NCBI GenBank assembly: GCA_032718475.1 | Contig: JAUCBJ010002287.1 | Coordinates: forward strand, 1-49,959 | Direction: 5' to 3' | Source: Nemertoderma westbladi | Lineage: Eukaryota; Animalia; Xenacoelomorpha | DNA length: 49,959 nucleotides | In this document: positions 12,101-24,505 of the stretch, piece after piece | Position numbering within the stretch: position 1 is the stretch's first letter | How the letters are laid out: each line of letters opens with the position of its first letter | Notes under the pieces: model-generated | What the model saw: the letters and a program-made list of their open reading frames with translations, nothing else | Database searches by the model: none | What the model was told of the DNA's origin: nothing | Translations under genes and position numbers: made by a program

Positions 12101-13240
12101 CACGACCCCCCCAACCCCACAAATATTTCTACAAATTTTTCTACATTTCTAGCTGGCTGTGCAAGGATTCCAAGGATGTAAAAACATTTTAATTTGGTTA
12201 GGAAGTAGCTGAGATAATGAGCGTTCAAAAATTACATGGTTTTGACTGCGCGAGGCTATTTTATTCTATTTAATAAATACACCATATTCTGGAACAGATT
12301 GTTAATGTATGAATAGCTACGTAATAGTATGATTAAAAATGTAATGCATTGTTGCCAAGCTACGTATGGAATAAACAAATTGCTCCAGAAAATGATGCAT
12401 TAATTAAATCAAATAAAACAGCCTCGCACAGATGCAAAACCATGCAACATTTGAACGCCCGTATCTCAGCTATATTCCAAGGAAATTCAAATTGTGTTAC
12501 ATATTTGCAATCATCGCATCGCCAGCTTTCTAACAGTCCAACAATCGCTGTAAAGTTGAAAATTAACTGCCGTGGGAGTTGGGAATGGTGCAATATCACA
12601 GGAGATACTTTTTTAAACGCTTGTAGCTAAAGATTGAAAGCAAAAATTAAAATTTCGGCTCCCCCCACTAAGTGGTCGAGAAGTTAAATCCTTTCTGTTT
12701 CAAATTTCATGCAATCTCATTAAGATTTGTAGAAAAATTGGCGGGGGGGGGGGGGGGGGGGGGTGTTGTATGTAAATCACGATGACAATTATCGCAGTTG
12801 AATGACTTCGCACATTCGCACGAAATTCCGTAACGATCTGGTTTGTAATTCCGTAACGATACCAATAAAGCTGTAACACCAAATTGATTGCTAAATCTGC
12901 TTAATCTTTACCATGGCGGGCATTTTGAACATCTCTACTTATGCGCAATATGTTTAGTTAAAATTAAAAACTCAATAATTCGCAGAACTTTCACTTTAAA
13001 AAATTCCCAAAAACCCTTGTCTTTTTTGTGTAATTCCGTAACGTAATGTTTGCGATATTAAAAATAATAAATCCGAGGCAAATGGATTAAAACTAACGAA
13101 ATCAATGTGTTCTCTGATAATTTGCCTCACTATGCTCCACAAATTAACGTTCATTTAAGTCATCTTCGAAACATCAGATAACTCTTTATCTGGGAAAAGT
13201 CGTGCGAAATGTAATTCCGTGACGAATAAAATTCATGTTA
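9120..13240. mobile_element. Non-autonomous TIR DNA transposon, 4121 bp, Academ-like
   Basis: 12-bp TIR TAACATGAATTT (9120-9131) / AAATTCATGTTA (13229-13240), and 3-bp TSD AAC (9117-9119, 13241-13243). The motif AATTCCGTAACG or its reverse complement recurs near 9508, 9656, 9690, 12824, 12847 and 13032, with a variant at 13213. No transposase ORF. The superfamily is inferred only from the TSD length and YR ends. Confidence 0.75.
9725..11905. repeat. 34-bp tandem satellite, about 64 units
   Basis: Unit GTTAGTGTTGGTGTAGACTGGTACACAGCGCTAC; period 34 confirmed (9861 to 9895). Variation is concentrated in the last ~11 nt of each unit. Confidence 0.97.
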
Positions 13241-14959
13241 AACTGAAATTAATTTAAATACTGTAACACAATTTTAAGCGAAGGTTATAATATTTTTAAT
13301 CGCATTATCTCAAACGTTCCGCCTATTCTCAGACTATTACCGTAATAATTACCATATTAATTTTACCTTACTTTACAGTACTCGTACACTACAGTATATT
13401 ATAATTATCAAGTCATTGATTCTGTCTACCCAAATTTACTGTATACTGTACATGTACCTCTTCTTCTTTCATTCTCTCATTTCTTTCATAGCCGTTGCTC
13501 TGTGCTTGTCTAGATCAGGGCCTCCCTATATCAACTATTATTATAGTTTCACATTATTGCTTTTTTACATTTTGTTTGTGCGATGGACGTACTGTGCAAT
13601 TAATACTACAGTGCAGTGTACTGTATATTCCTCCTTGTAGCCTTAATTGGTTTTGTGGTGATTAAAAGAGAAAGAGATAGTAGAATTATGTAAATAAAAA
13701 TTGTTATGATTAAATTAAATGAAACAAATCTTAGCTTCGGCTTATAATTTACAATGGCACACCCTCACAATCACTTAAAATTGAGAGTTAAAGTGATTGA
13801 CTTTTTGTTAATGAACTACGCTTTTGTAAGGCACGGGCAAACTCCACAACAAATTCCGATGGCGTCTAACATCTTCAGACAACTTCAAACAGTTTCATAC
13901 AACTTCAAACAGTTTCAGATAGCTTCCAACAACATCCAACAGAAATTTCAAACACTTTCAGACGAATTTCAGACAGAATCAGATGGTCTCCAAAACTTGT
14001 TGGAAATATTTTCTCCAACAGAATCAAACAGTACTAAATCTCCGAAGGTTAGCATTGTGCTTGTTTGAAGCTGTCGGAGTGTGTTGGATCCGATCGGATC
14101 CGATGGCACTCTGTTGGTGTCTACATTTTGATAGTTATTTTTACAGAACACACGGGAACACACAAGGACACAGTAGAAAACAATAGAATACACCCCGAAC
14201 AAAGGCGAACACACAGTAATTAAAAAAATCAGAACCAAAAAATAGCACACTGGGACTTCGTAAAACTGTAAGAAGCCAAATAACAACCTCATATTCTATT
14301 AGCGTTTTGAATCATATCGCAATTTGCAATTGGCCAATAAACATAGATCCCTCTACAACAGGAACAACAATGGTATGAAACTGCAGAAAGGAATGCAATA
14401 GGCCTAGGTGTATAGTTATACTCTGAAGTGTATAAACTTGTTTTAATTCGAAAAATAGCCCCATAACACGAAATTTGCCATAGATTCAATGATAGAAACA
14501 CCAGCTGGGGTTCACTCATGAAAAAATGATAATAAGGGCCTAGTAATGCTATTGAATGGATAGGCCCAAACTGAAGAGAAGTATATTACTTGCCAAGTTT
14601 AGTAAGGTTGTGTTTACTCAGTCACTCTATCCCAGACAGTAAGCAAACATCAACTGTTAGTTACATTACCCCGTCAGCTAATAGCTCTTCCCAGTGAATC
14701 CTATCGGAAAATACAAGGTTACTCAATGTGCTATGTTAGGTGGCAGGCCAGCTGAATAAATTTTAGTTAGACAGAGTACTTTTGTTGGACTATCAGTTGA
14801 AAAGCCCAAATTTTCTGTCTTAGTTACAAGAACATCCAGAAATGGTATGGTGCCATTTTTTTCATTGTCACAAGTAAATTTAATGTTTGGGAGCTTAGAG
14901 TTAAGATATGATCAATTTCTAAATTAGTTGTTAACATATTAATTTACTCCAAAACTGGA

Positions 14960-16190
14960 TCTAAACACATTAACTCCATTCTGTCACTTATCGATTGGTG
15001 TCGAAAACATCAAATAACTCGACATCCTAATAAATTTTGTTGCGAAAATCGGAGGTACATTATGTTGGTTACATCATAAATTCAGAAGGCATTCCAGAAG
15101 ATCCATCGAAAGTTTCTGCAGAAGAGAAGATTACATCTCTCTGTTACATCACTCCGTTCTTAGGGATGGTAAATCAACTTGGCTCTTTTTCTAAAGATAT
15201 TGCTGAATACACCAATCCTCTTTGGGATCTTCTTAAAAAATGCAATGATTTTGTTTGGACTCTTCATCATGACAAAGCATTCAGTCAGACTAAAGCAGCA
15301 TTAATATCTCCACCAATTTTCGCTCATTTTGACCCATAATTGAAGACAATGATACAAACAGATGCGTTGCAACACAAATGTATCGGATTTGCTTTATGTC
15401 ACAAACATGATAACATTTGGAAACTCGTCCAATCTGGATCACATTTTTTGATCGATACCGAAACGAGATATTCAATGAGTGAGTTAGAAATGTTCACTGT
15501 TGTGTGGTCTATCCACAAATGAAGGTTTATCTTCTCGGTCTTTTTTACAATTTGAAATAATAACCAGTCGAGTCAGTGACCCTGTTAATGAAGACCCATG
15601 CTCTGAAATTTAAATTTCTGCGCAAATCCGATCCATTGTTTGATCCATCCAAATATCAACTTATAACCGTGAAGATAATCATCTTGAGGACTCAACTTCG
15701 AGAAATTTGCCTTGCCAATCCAGATTACCAATCCCTTCTCTCTGCCATTTCATTTGGATTTCCAAATAAACTTACCATGGATATTGGAAAATATATACGG
15801 GAATTCTGGAAACTACAAGGAGAACTCTCAGTTGACAGTAGTAGTGGTCTTATTCTACTCGGAATGCATATTGTTATCCCTCTGGCTGAAAGAAAGAAAA
15901 TCCTTTCTCTCCTCCATGAGTCCACCTCGGCCAAGAACACACAAAGCAAAGGGCCAGACAATGTGTTTACTGGCCTGGAATCAATGCACATATTACATCC
16001 ACCATGGAATCCTGTTCTCGTTGTCAGGAATCCCAGCAACCTCACGGGAAACAACCACTGGAATGTGATAAGTTCCCTGACCACGCATTCATTGATACAT
16101 CAGAAAATCTATTTTCGTATGCTGCGCACATATTATGTGTCTATATGGGTCTATATTCGGGATAGCTCTGTGTCCACGCTTGGCAATTTA
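14960..16190 (+). mobile_element. Ty3/Gypsy pol remnant (RT end, RNase H, integrase Zn-finger region)
   Basis: EVHYVGYIINSEG..DPSKV, FLGMVNQLG, AHFDP, IQTDA..IGFAL, ETRYSMSELEM, and IVIPLAERKKILSLLHES; multiple stops and frameshifts; no LTRs seen. Confidence 0.85.
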
Positions 16191-16494
16191 AAGCGAAAAC
16201 ATTTTGTCAATTTCTAATCGACTGAAATATCATCTCTTACATAGAAGATTGCCTTTGAAAACCATGCAGTGAAAACTAGCCCAAATAGAGATATCAATAG
16301 TCCATAATTTAATACTGTACTTCTTGAGTTCCAAAACACTCCTCGTTCGGAGGGATTCTTGCTGGCTCAACTCGATATCGGCCGATTTCGTTAAGTTAGC
16401 AGCTGCATAAACCTTCTTATTCACACCATTCTTATTTGTAATTGTGATTGATTATGTTCTACACATATGTCCTTAGACCATCTTAATAAAGATG

Positions 16495-16810
16495 GGGTGA
16501 TGGTAACACCCCCTAGTGGTACAATAAGTAGAGGAAATCCAGCAAAGTACCTTACTTATCTAGACTTTGCCGATGACTAGGGCTACTGTCAGAATCACTA
16601 GAAGGAGCCCAAAGGCTCCTCTGCTCATTGGATCAGGTTGCTTCTAGTGTTGGTCTTTTGTAAATTCCAAGAAGACCAAAATCATGACAGTCAATCTAGA
16701 CAGACAGCCCACAAGAAATATCTGATCATAAGGGCATAAGCTCTAAGCACGGCTTGCTTGAGCTCATGGATGACTTCTGCTACTTAGGATCATGGATTAG
16801 AAATTCAGGT
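16495..16810 (+). mobile_element. RTE-clade LINE RT fragment
   Basis: Similar to 23620-23910 (SRGNPAKYLTYLDFADD ... DDFCYLGSWI). Confidence 0.8.
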
Positions 16811-16830
16811 TAATGTGCTGTATTCCGTAA

Positions 16831-17030
16831 CTACTACTACTACGATCGGCATGCTACATTGCAGCTGCATTTTAAAAAATGCTGTGCCGGCTTATCGACA
16901 AAATTGCACCACCACAACTCCCCATCACCCATGATATTTGCTAGATCATCCGCATCTTCAAGGCCAGTGTCCTTTAAGATGCTTCTCAAGAAAGTCATGT
17001 GCTGTCCACCATGCTGTTCACTCCATTAAG
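16831..17030 (-). mobile_element. RTE-clade LINE 3' end with (TAG)n tail, inverted
   Basis: Reverse complement of about 24300-24500, including the (CTA)4 tail at 16831. Confidence 0.85.
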
Positions 17031-18084
17031 TGTATGGTGTACTCCATAAAAGTTAGAGGGTATATTATATTTACATAGTTTGCCTAGTGACAGTAGTGAT
17101 TTACTTAGAAGATATGTTTGGTGATGGGTCATTTAAAGTATTATTTACTTTATACCTTTTCTGTACTGTCTATATGGACTACAGTACTGCAGTACTAGGT
17201 TTTGCTTTCTGAGTACTAGTACTAGGCAGTAGTACGGTAACATGCAATACAGACTTATTATTATTATATATGAATGTAATGTACAGTACATATATGGCTA
17301 GATAATGTTATTATCTTATCATAACCCCTGCTTCATATCACAAGAATCATACAGAACAAAAAGCTTTCACTTGAAAAGCCAGTACATAATAACTAATATA
17401 TTTGAATATTATATAGCGACCAGATACAATATAATTATAAGCAAGGGACCAGTAGTGGTCAGAGATTCAGTATCAAGAAGCCCTTTATAGTGGCAAAAAA
17501 TGACAAGTGCATCGAAAACAGTCAAGATAGTTAAAGAGAACTAAAGACATGGCAAATTATATTATTGTTATAATATGATGAACTTTATATGAACAATTAT
17601 AATGAACAAGCAACCTTATCAGCTGATAGGACAGTGCGGTGGTGGGAAGTAATAATTGTAATATGTAATGTAAAATGTTAGATTTGAATGTATTATTGCT
17701 TTAGTTTAACGATTAAGGAACAAAAAAAAAAAAAAAAACTTTATAGGATTATGTAACATAATATGTTTACCATATATGTTTTATAATATGTTATATGGAA
17801 TTAATCCATTTAATTCCACAGGAAAAGAGATGCTAAGTTTAGGATATTAAATTAATTTAATTCAACAGGTTAAAATAACATGGAGGATGTAATGACATGG
17901 TAAGTTACAGTTCTGTAAACAAATAACTTCCTATCTGGAGTGATTTGATCACATCGCTAAGGTTAGTATAATAAGATGGTCAAAATATGAATTTATTTGA
18001 TGCAAGAAAGGTTATTAAAATCATCGGGGGGAGCCTTGTTGAATTATTGCGAAAACAATTTTAGTTGTTGTTTGGGTTGTTGTA

Positions 18085-18390
18085 GGGCCGTTGTATGCGT
18101 TATAAAAGAATCTCGACGCCCTATGCCAATAGATGCGTCTGTTCCACAATGCGATAGGGCGGCTGATCGTATTAAAAGCAATACTGGCATCGACCAGCAA
18201 CATCGCCTCGGTGGTTTCATCATCGAAGACGGTGGACATGGCGTGCACTGCTCCTTCAATACCGGCTTTGGTTCCAGCGCACAGCTGGTCGGCTCCACAT
18301 TGCTGAATGATATCGGACTTAGTAACTGAGGCGATACAGTTCGCAATGATCCGGTACAGTACCTCCTCTATAACGATTGGGGCACCAGCA
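18085..18390 (-). mobile_element. CRE-clade non-LTR retrotransposon RT fragment
   Basis: Open frame PIVIEEVLYRIIA...QLCAGTKAGIEGAVHAMSTVFDDETTEAMLLVDASIAFNTISR, the pattern of CRE RT motifs. Confidence 0.75.
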
Positions 18391-18672
18391 CTAATAATTC
18401 ACCAAAAATATGTTTCCTAAAATTAAACTTAAAAAAAAAACCCAGCCTTATGCAGATTATAGCAGTACAGACCTACAGTATATGCTCGCCATACCTCCTG
18501 CAAACTCCAGTATGCAGAATGACACACTGACGCTTGACTGAGCATATTGCAGAATGTCAGTCAATTCAGGTTATTTTTTAAGACCTTGGCAAGTTCTGTA
18601 TAAGTATTCTACTGTTATACTATGTTCTTGTCATTCTTATAATACTTATGTAATAGGGTTTACACTTGTTAA

Positions 18673-21666
18673 CCCTGTATGTCCCACTGAGACCTACAGG
18701 TAACAACTTCTATTCTTCACTACTACAGCCGCGTTTCAGCATTGTGTGGTTTCTTGATTGGTTGCATGGGTTCATTTGTTATCCAAGTTACCCAATCAGC
18801 GTCATCTTGGGTCAGAGGCAATCTCAAACTGAATATTAAATCATTTGTGTCTCGTGGACAGAGTTATTCCAAGTAGTGTTCAAGTGCTGATTGTGCAATC
18901 CAAAAAAGCAAATCGAGTGCAATTATTTGATTCAGAAAAATTATTTTGGTGAAGATTCATCATTATTTTACTTAATTATACCAAAATTGATGCAAGGTAT
19001 AGTACTATGAAGAATTCACAGCCAAAATTTCAGTCGTTACTTTAGGGTAACGGTGGGCCACTCTGACATCACTTTTTGTGCTAAATGTGAACTGGTCAAT
19101 AAATTGATATACAATACTCTCTTATGATTCCACGTTGTTTTGTACACCTAGGTAAAGAATAAGTTTGCTGACTAAACTACTAAATATATTATTATAAATA
19201 GATATTAATAAATAGTCGGAATATTCAATAAATAGATAGAAATGTTCGTATTCTCTGTACAGCTGTGCGTAAGTTACACTGTAGAAACGTATTTGATGAT
19301 ATGGATACTGGAAAATTTTATGGAACACATTATAAAAACTCTCATGTTGAGGTGTCCATACCGTCAGATGATAGCGACGATCAACTGATGAGTGATTCTG
19401 GCAGCGAGGATGATGCATATGGTGATACAAACTGGAGTGATGAAGGTGATGACTCTGACGAATCAGACGAACGCGATGATGACGTCATTATAGAGTTCGA
19501 GGAAATAGAGGATGTACTAGCAGATCCAACGATCAATACCGATGATGAGAACATACAGCCAAATCAGATAGAGGTAGATGCGCCAGGGGAGACAGTACAT
19601 CATACAGAGGACGAACAGAGTAGTGGTGGCGATGTGCAGGTCGAACCAAAGACAAACAAGAAATCTAAGAAGAATGTAGTCAACCGGAAGTATTATAGGA
19701 CAAAGACGATTTCTGCAGAGCCGAAATGGCTGGGTAGTTTACCTGATGTAGATGATGTTCTAGAACCAATCAGATATTTCAAGAAGCTTCTCAAAGATGA
19801 TGTGTTGAAGGAAATAGTTTTCCAGACTAATGTGTACTCTGCAGAAAAACGCCTTGATAAACAAATAAATATAACACGAAACGAAATTGAACAGTTCATA
19901 GGAATTTGCTACTATATGTCTGTGTACGGTCTTCCTAGATGCAGATCATATTGGCAGGCCGGTACAAGAGTTGATAAAGTTGTCAACACAATGATGACGT
20001 GCAATCACTGGGAGAGTATAAAAAGAGATCTACACTTGAATGACAATAGTAAGCAAATCGCTAAGGGGTCTCCTGGGCACGATAAAATTTTCAAAATCCG
20101 ACCACTGGTTACTGCTCTCCAGACCAGTCTAAGAGACATTCCAAAGGATGAAGAGCTTTGTGTGGATGAACAGATGGTGCCATTCAAGGGGAAAAATAAA
20201 AGCGGAATAAAGCAATATATGCCCAAGAAACCAAAGAAGTGGGGCTATAAGCTGTTTGTTCTTTGTGATAGCCATGCTATGGCTTACGATTTCGATATTT
20301 ACACGGGAAAGATCGAACCGATTGCTGGACGGCCTGACATTGGGGTAAGTAGTAATATAGTAATTCAACTAGCTGTTGGCATACCTAGACACATGTCATA
20401 CAAACTCTTTTTTGACAACTGGTTTACTAGTGTTATTCTCCAGGTGACACTGGCCAATGAAGGAATATATTGTCTTGGGACAGTCAACGAGAACAGATTA
20501 GGTGACTGCCCTCTGCCCACGGATAGCGCAATGAAGAAGAAAGGTCGTGGATACCATGAGGAACTGAGATTTACTGTAAAAGGAGTTGACTTGCGCATTG
20601 TAAAGTGGTTTGATAACCGTTGTGTTACTCTCTTATCAACATTCTCTTCCACGAATCCGACGTCTCTTGTAAAACGGTGGTCTAAACTAACTAAATCATT
20701 CATTGAAGTAGATCGCCCACGTATTGTTGGCACGTACAATAGCTTCATGGGTGGGGTTGATACACTGGATTCTTTGTTGAGTTTGTATAGGATACGAATA
20801 CGGTCTAGGAAATGGTACCTTTGATTGGTCTTCCATTTCCTCGATTTTGTCTGTGTCATTGCTTGGCTCTTGTACCGACGTGACTTGCGTAGCTGTAATC
20901 CAGCACAAAAACCAATTCCACTCCTATTCAAGACGACATTGGCCGAGACCCTGTGTGCATGTGGAAAGTCTGTCTGCAACAAGCGACGAGGGCGACCAAG
21001 TCTAGAAATTGAAAACGGTATTCTTCAGAAGAAAGCGCGATCAATAACCGTTGGTCTGTTGCCTTCCATGGCAGTTCGACAATGGCAGTTGGCCACTGGC
21101 CTGTGTTCGCTGAGAAAAGGGGACGGTGCAAGAATCCAGACTGTGTTGGGGTTCCTAAGATTATGTGTGAGAAGTGTAGTGCGGTGTCTGGAGGAAAGGT
21201 ATATTTGTGTCTTGGACTGGACCGTAACTGTTTCAAATGCTTCCATTGTGATTGATAACGAATTGGGTATCTATCAATTTTGGTAATTGCTATCGCATTG
21301 ATGTTGAATTGATGTTTGGTTTTCGATATTACATACAGTACAGGGATACAATTTTAGTTGAAAATCTATAATTTTGTATATAATGTAGAGTGCGGAGCAG
21401 AATAATACAGTTTGTACATTTCTGCATATTTTACACATGAACACAAAATGAAAAAAGTTGTCGCATAATATGTTTCCAACTTTTTCACAAATTTTTTTTC
21501 AAACTCCTAAATTTCATTTCTTAATGGCCCACCGTGACCCACCATCTTCATAAATTAAATATTTTGAAATTTTTTGATGAATATCATCTCATTAGGTTCA
21601 TTTTAATGTGAAAGTTATGAAAAAAAAAATTTTGGGACATGGCATCATAATTCGGGCTATAGAGGG
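18673..21666 (+). mobile_element. piggyBac transposon (PGBD3-like), full length
   Basis: TTAA at 18669-18672 and 21667-21670; CCCT...AGGG ends. Subterminal inverted repeat 19045-19060 / 21525-21540 (15/16 match). Transposase gene inside. Confidence 0.9.
19301..21255 (+). pseudogene. piggyBac transposase (DDD catalytic triad plus Cys-rich C-terminal domain), disrupted
   Basis: Start MDTGKFYG, acidic N-terminus, catalytic motifs VDEQM, FFDNWF and GGVDTLD. In-frame TGA at 20822-20824 and a frameshift near 21085 before GHWP...RCKNPDC...CEKC...LCL...NCFKCFH. Confidence 0.92.
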
Positions 21667-21769
21667 TTAAGTTTATTGTATTTGCACTTGTAAAGTTTTA
21701 CAAATTTGTCATTCTTACAATGTTTCCCAAGTTATTAATAAGATTTTAGTACAATCTCAGAAATTTTAC

Positions 21770-22370
21770 TAGTTGATAAGTTAACGGAAAGTTTAGACCA
21801 TTTCATACCACTTTCATAGCAATTTTAGTAAGAATTCTGATCCGGGTTACTGATACAAACGTAGGATGTCATTAAATAATCATAGGATTAACCATCTTTT
21901 ATACGTGGATGATCTTTCTTTAATGTCTAACTCCATAGCAGGTCTCCATAAACTTACAGATACTTTGTAGATTACGCTAATAGACATTCCATTGTAGTCA
22001 ATATCAAAAATAAAAATACATGTAAATCAAGCTTGGTAGGTATGTTCAGCATTAACGGTAAACCTATTGAAACTGTAAGTAAGTATAAATATTTAGGCCA
22101 CATATTTCACCACAGACCACGGATGATAAGGACATACTCAATCAGCTGTCCAGTTTATATAAGAGAGGTAACTTCCTCATTCTTAAGTTTAGTTTCTGTT
22201 CGAAAACTGCTAAAATAAAACTGTTCCGTTCTTTCTGCACCCAGATATACTGTAATTCTTTATGGGCAAGGCAAAATTATTCTCTTACAATGTATAATCG
22301 ATTACGGGTAGGTTACAACAATATAATTAGAAAGTTATTTGGATTTTAGTATGACAGTAGTGTGTCCTAT
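21770..22370 (+). mobile_element. Degenerate non-LTR RT fragment (CR1/L2 group)
   Basis: INHLLYVDDLSLMSNSIAGLHKL, YKYLGHI, KLFRSFCTQIYCNSLW and YNRLRVGYNNIIRKLFG, spread across frameshifts. Confidence 0.7.
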
Positions 22371-22447
22371 GCAAATCTACTCACACCACCCTTCACATGT
22401 TTGTAATGCTTGAATGGGTAACGAAGGACCATACAATTTACTTAATT

Positions 22448-22600
22448 ATAATAAGTGAATTGTTGTCTGGTGAGTGACGCGGTGTATTAAATATACAATG
22501 TAAATAAGACAATATGATAATGCTCTCCATAGCGAAAAATATCAACCAGCCCTATTGGGGCTCGAACCCGGTACCTAGGTTTCAAACTTCTGGTTATCAT
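22448..22600 (-). repeat. 153-bp partial copy of the tRNA-related unit (direct repeat of 24715-24867)
   Basis: 4 mismatches in 153 bp against 24715-24867. It carries a minus-strand B-box GGTTCGAGCCC at 22558-22568. Confidence 0.85.
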
Positions 22601-24505
22601 CAGCTGGTTGAGTGTGCATCTAGGTCCCTGAACAGGCAGTACTCTGTTAATCTACAGGAGCTAATAAACCAACAGGTTGATGCCATCAATGATGCTGACG
22701 ACAGCAGGCAATCATCCCAGGCATGGAAATCGATCAACTTGCTTACTGGGCGGAAAAGCCAACCAACCACCAAGGTTAAGGCTGAATCACCAGCCGATCG
22801 CCTCAATGGTTGGAAGGCCCACTTTGAAAAGCTCCTCAATAATGACAGGGTATTGCCTGATAACTTTATAGAAGTAAAAGTGTCTGAGTCTGTACTCCCA
22901 GATAATCCCATTGGCGATATCTCCTTTGCAGAAGTGAAGGCTGCTGCAAAGAGCATTAAGACCAATCGTGCCAGTGGAGTAGATGGTGTTCCCCCTGAGG
23001 TCTTTAAAATACCTGAGTGTTTAAAGCTCATCTATCCCATCATAGTAGACATGTACCGTACAACAAGAGTCCCACAAGAAATGAAAACAAATAAGTTGGT
23101 GCCAGTTCCCAAGAAGGGCAACCTATCACTCTATGGTTCTTTTCGGGGAATCTCATTGATCTCGATTGCTGCAAAGCTATACAATAGAATTCTATTAAAT
23201 TGCATCAGGGATCCCATTGAGAGACTGCTCCGTGGAAATCAGAATGGGTTCCGTAAAGGTCATGGGACCATGGAGCCCATTTTGGCACTTAGAAGGATAA
23301 TTGAAGAGTTATCAAAAAAGAAAGACAGGCATCTGGCTGTTATCTTTGTCGACTTCTTCAAGGCCTTTGATTCAGTCTCTCGCTCACGTATGTTCAGCAT
23401 ACTTTCATTATATGGGTTTCCTGATGAAATTATTGCAGCAATCAGATCAGTATACGATGGTTCGACAACATTTGTGTCTACTGTTGACAGTGACACAGAA
23501 CCATTTGAAGTGTTATGGGGCGTCCTCCAGGGAGACACACTTGCACCATTCTTGTTCATAATTGTGGTTGACTGTTCTACGCATGTCCTTAGATCATCAT
23601 AATGATGATGGGGTGATGATAACTCCACCTACTGGCTCCAGAAGTCGAGGAAATCCTGCCAAGTACCTAACTGATCTAGACTTTGCTGATGACTTAGGAG
23701 TACTCTCAGAATCACTAGAGGAAGCCCAACGGCTCCATTAGAACATGCTGCTTGTAGTGTTGGTCTTTTTATTAACTCCAGAAAGACCAAAATTTTGACA
23801 GTTAACTTTGAAAGTCCTCAGCAAGTCTCTGATCGGATGAGCATAAGCTCAAAAGATGGTATGCTTGAGCATGTGGACGACTTCTGTTACCTGGGGTCAT
23901 GGATCCGGAAGTCAGGAGAGGACCTTCGAATATGTAAGGGAAAGGCATGGGCAGCCTTGAATAGGCTTTCCAGGATTTGGAAGTCACCGAGAATTAATCG
24001 GAAACTTAAGGTCCGATTATTTAGAGCAGCAGTAGTTCCAGTACTCCTCTATGGGTTTCCATGCTGGGCTCTAACTGCTGAGGACACCAAATCTCTGGAT
24101 GGCACATTCACAAGAATGCTACGCCGGGTTCATTGTGTCAAGTACAATGCACACATCTCCAACCAGACACTATATAACATTGGAGGTATCTCATTGGTTC
24201 CCCCAAGCTTGAAACTAGAATAAAATTGCCTCCGCTTTGCAGGACATTGCTTTCGCCGTGAGGACCAACCAGTGCATAAGCTAGTACTTTGGCAGCCTCA
24301 TGGAGTGAATAAGCATGGTGGACAGCCTATGACTTTCTTGAGACGCATCTTAAAGGACACTGACCTTGAAGATGCGGATGATCTAGCAAATGTCATGGGC
24401 GATAGGGAGTTGTGGCGGTGCAATTTTGTCGATAAGCCGGCACAGCATTCTTAAAAATGCAGCTGCAATGCAGCATGCCGATCCTAGTAGTAGTAGTAGT
24501 AGTAG
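22601..24505 (+). mobile_element. 5'-truncated RTE-clade LINE (RT domain to 3' tail)
   Basis: Motifs PVPKKG, FRGISL, QNGFRKG, FVDFFKAFDSV, GVLQGDTLAPFLF, DLDFADD, FCYLGS and LRFAGHCFR; (TAG)7 tail at 24485-24505; several frameshifts. Confidence 0.9.

Noticed and set aside
13830-14300. Possible MITE with short caaacagtttca repeats
   Set aside because: No matching second terminus or TSD could be found.
22514-22600. N-terminus of the 362-aa RT ORF
   Set aside because: It derives from the flanking repeat; this is a chance in-frame fusion with the truncated RTE.
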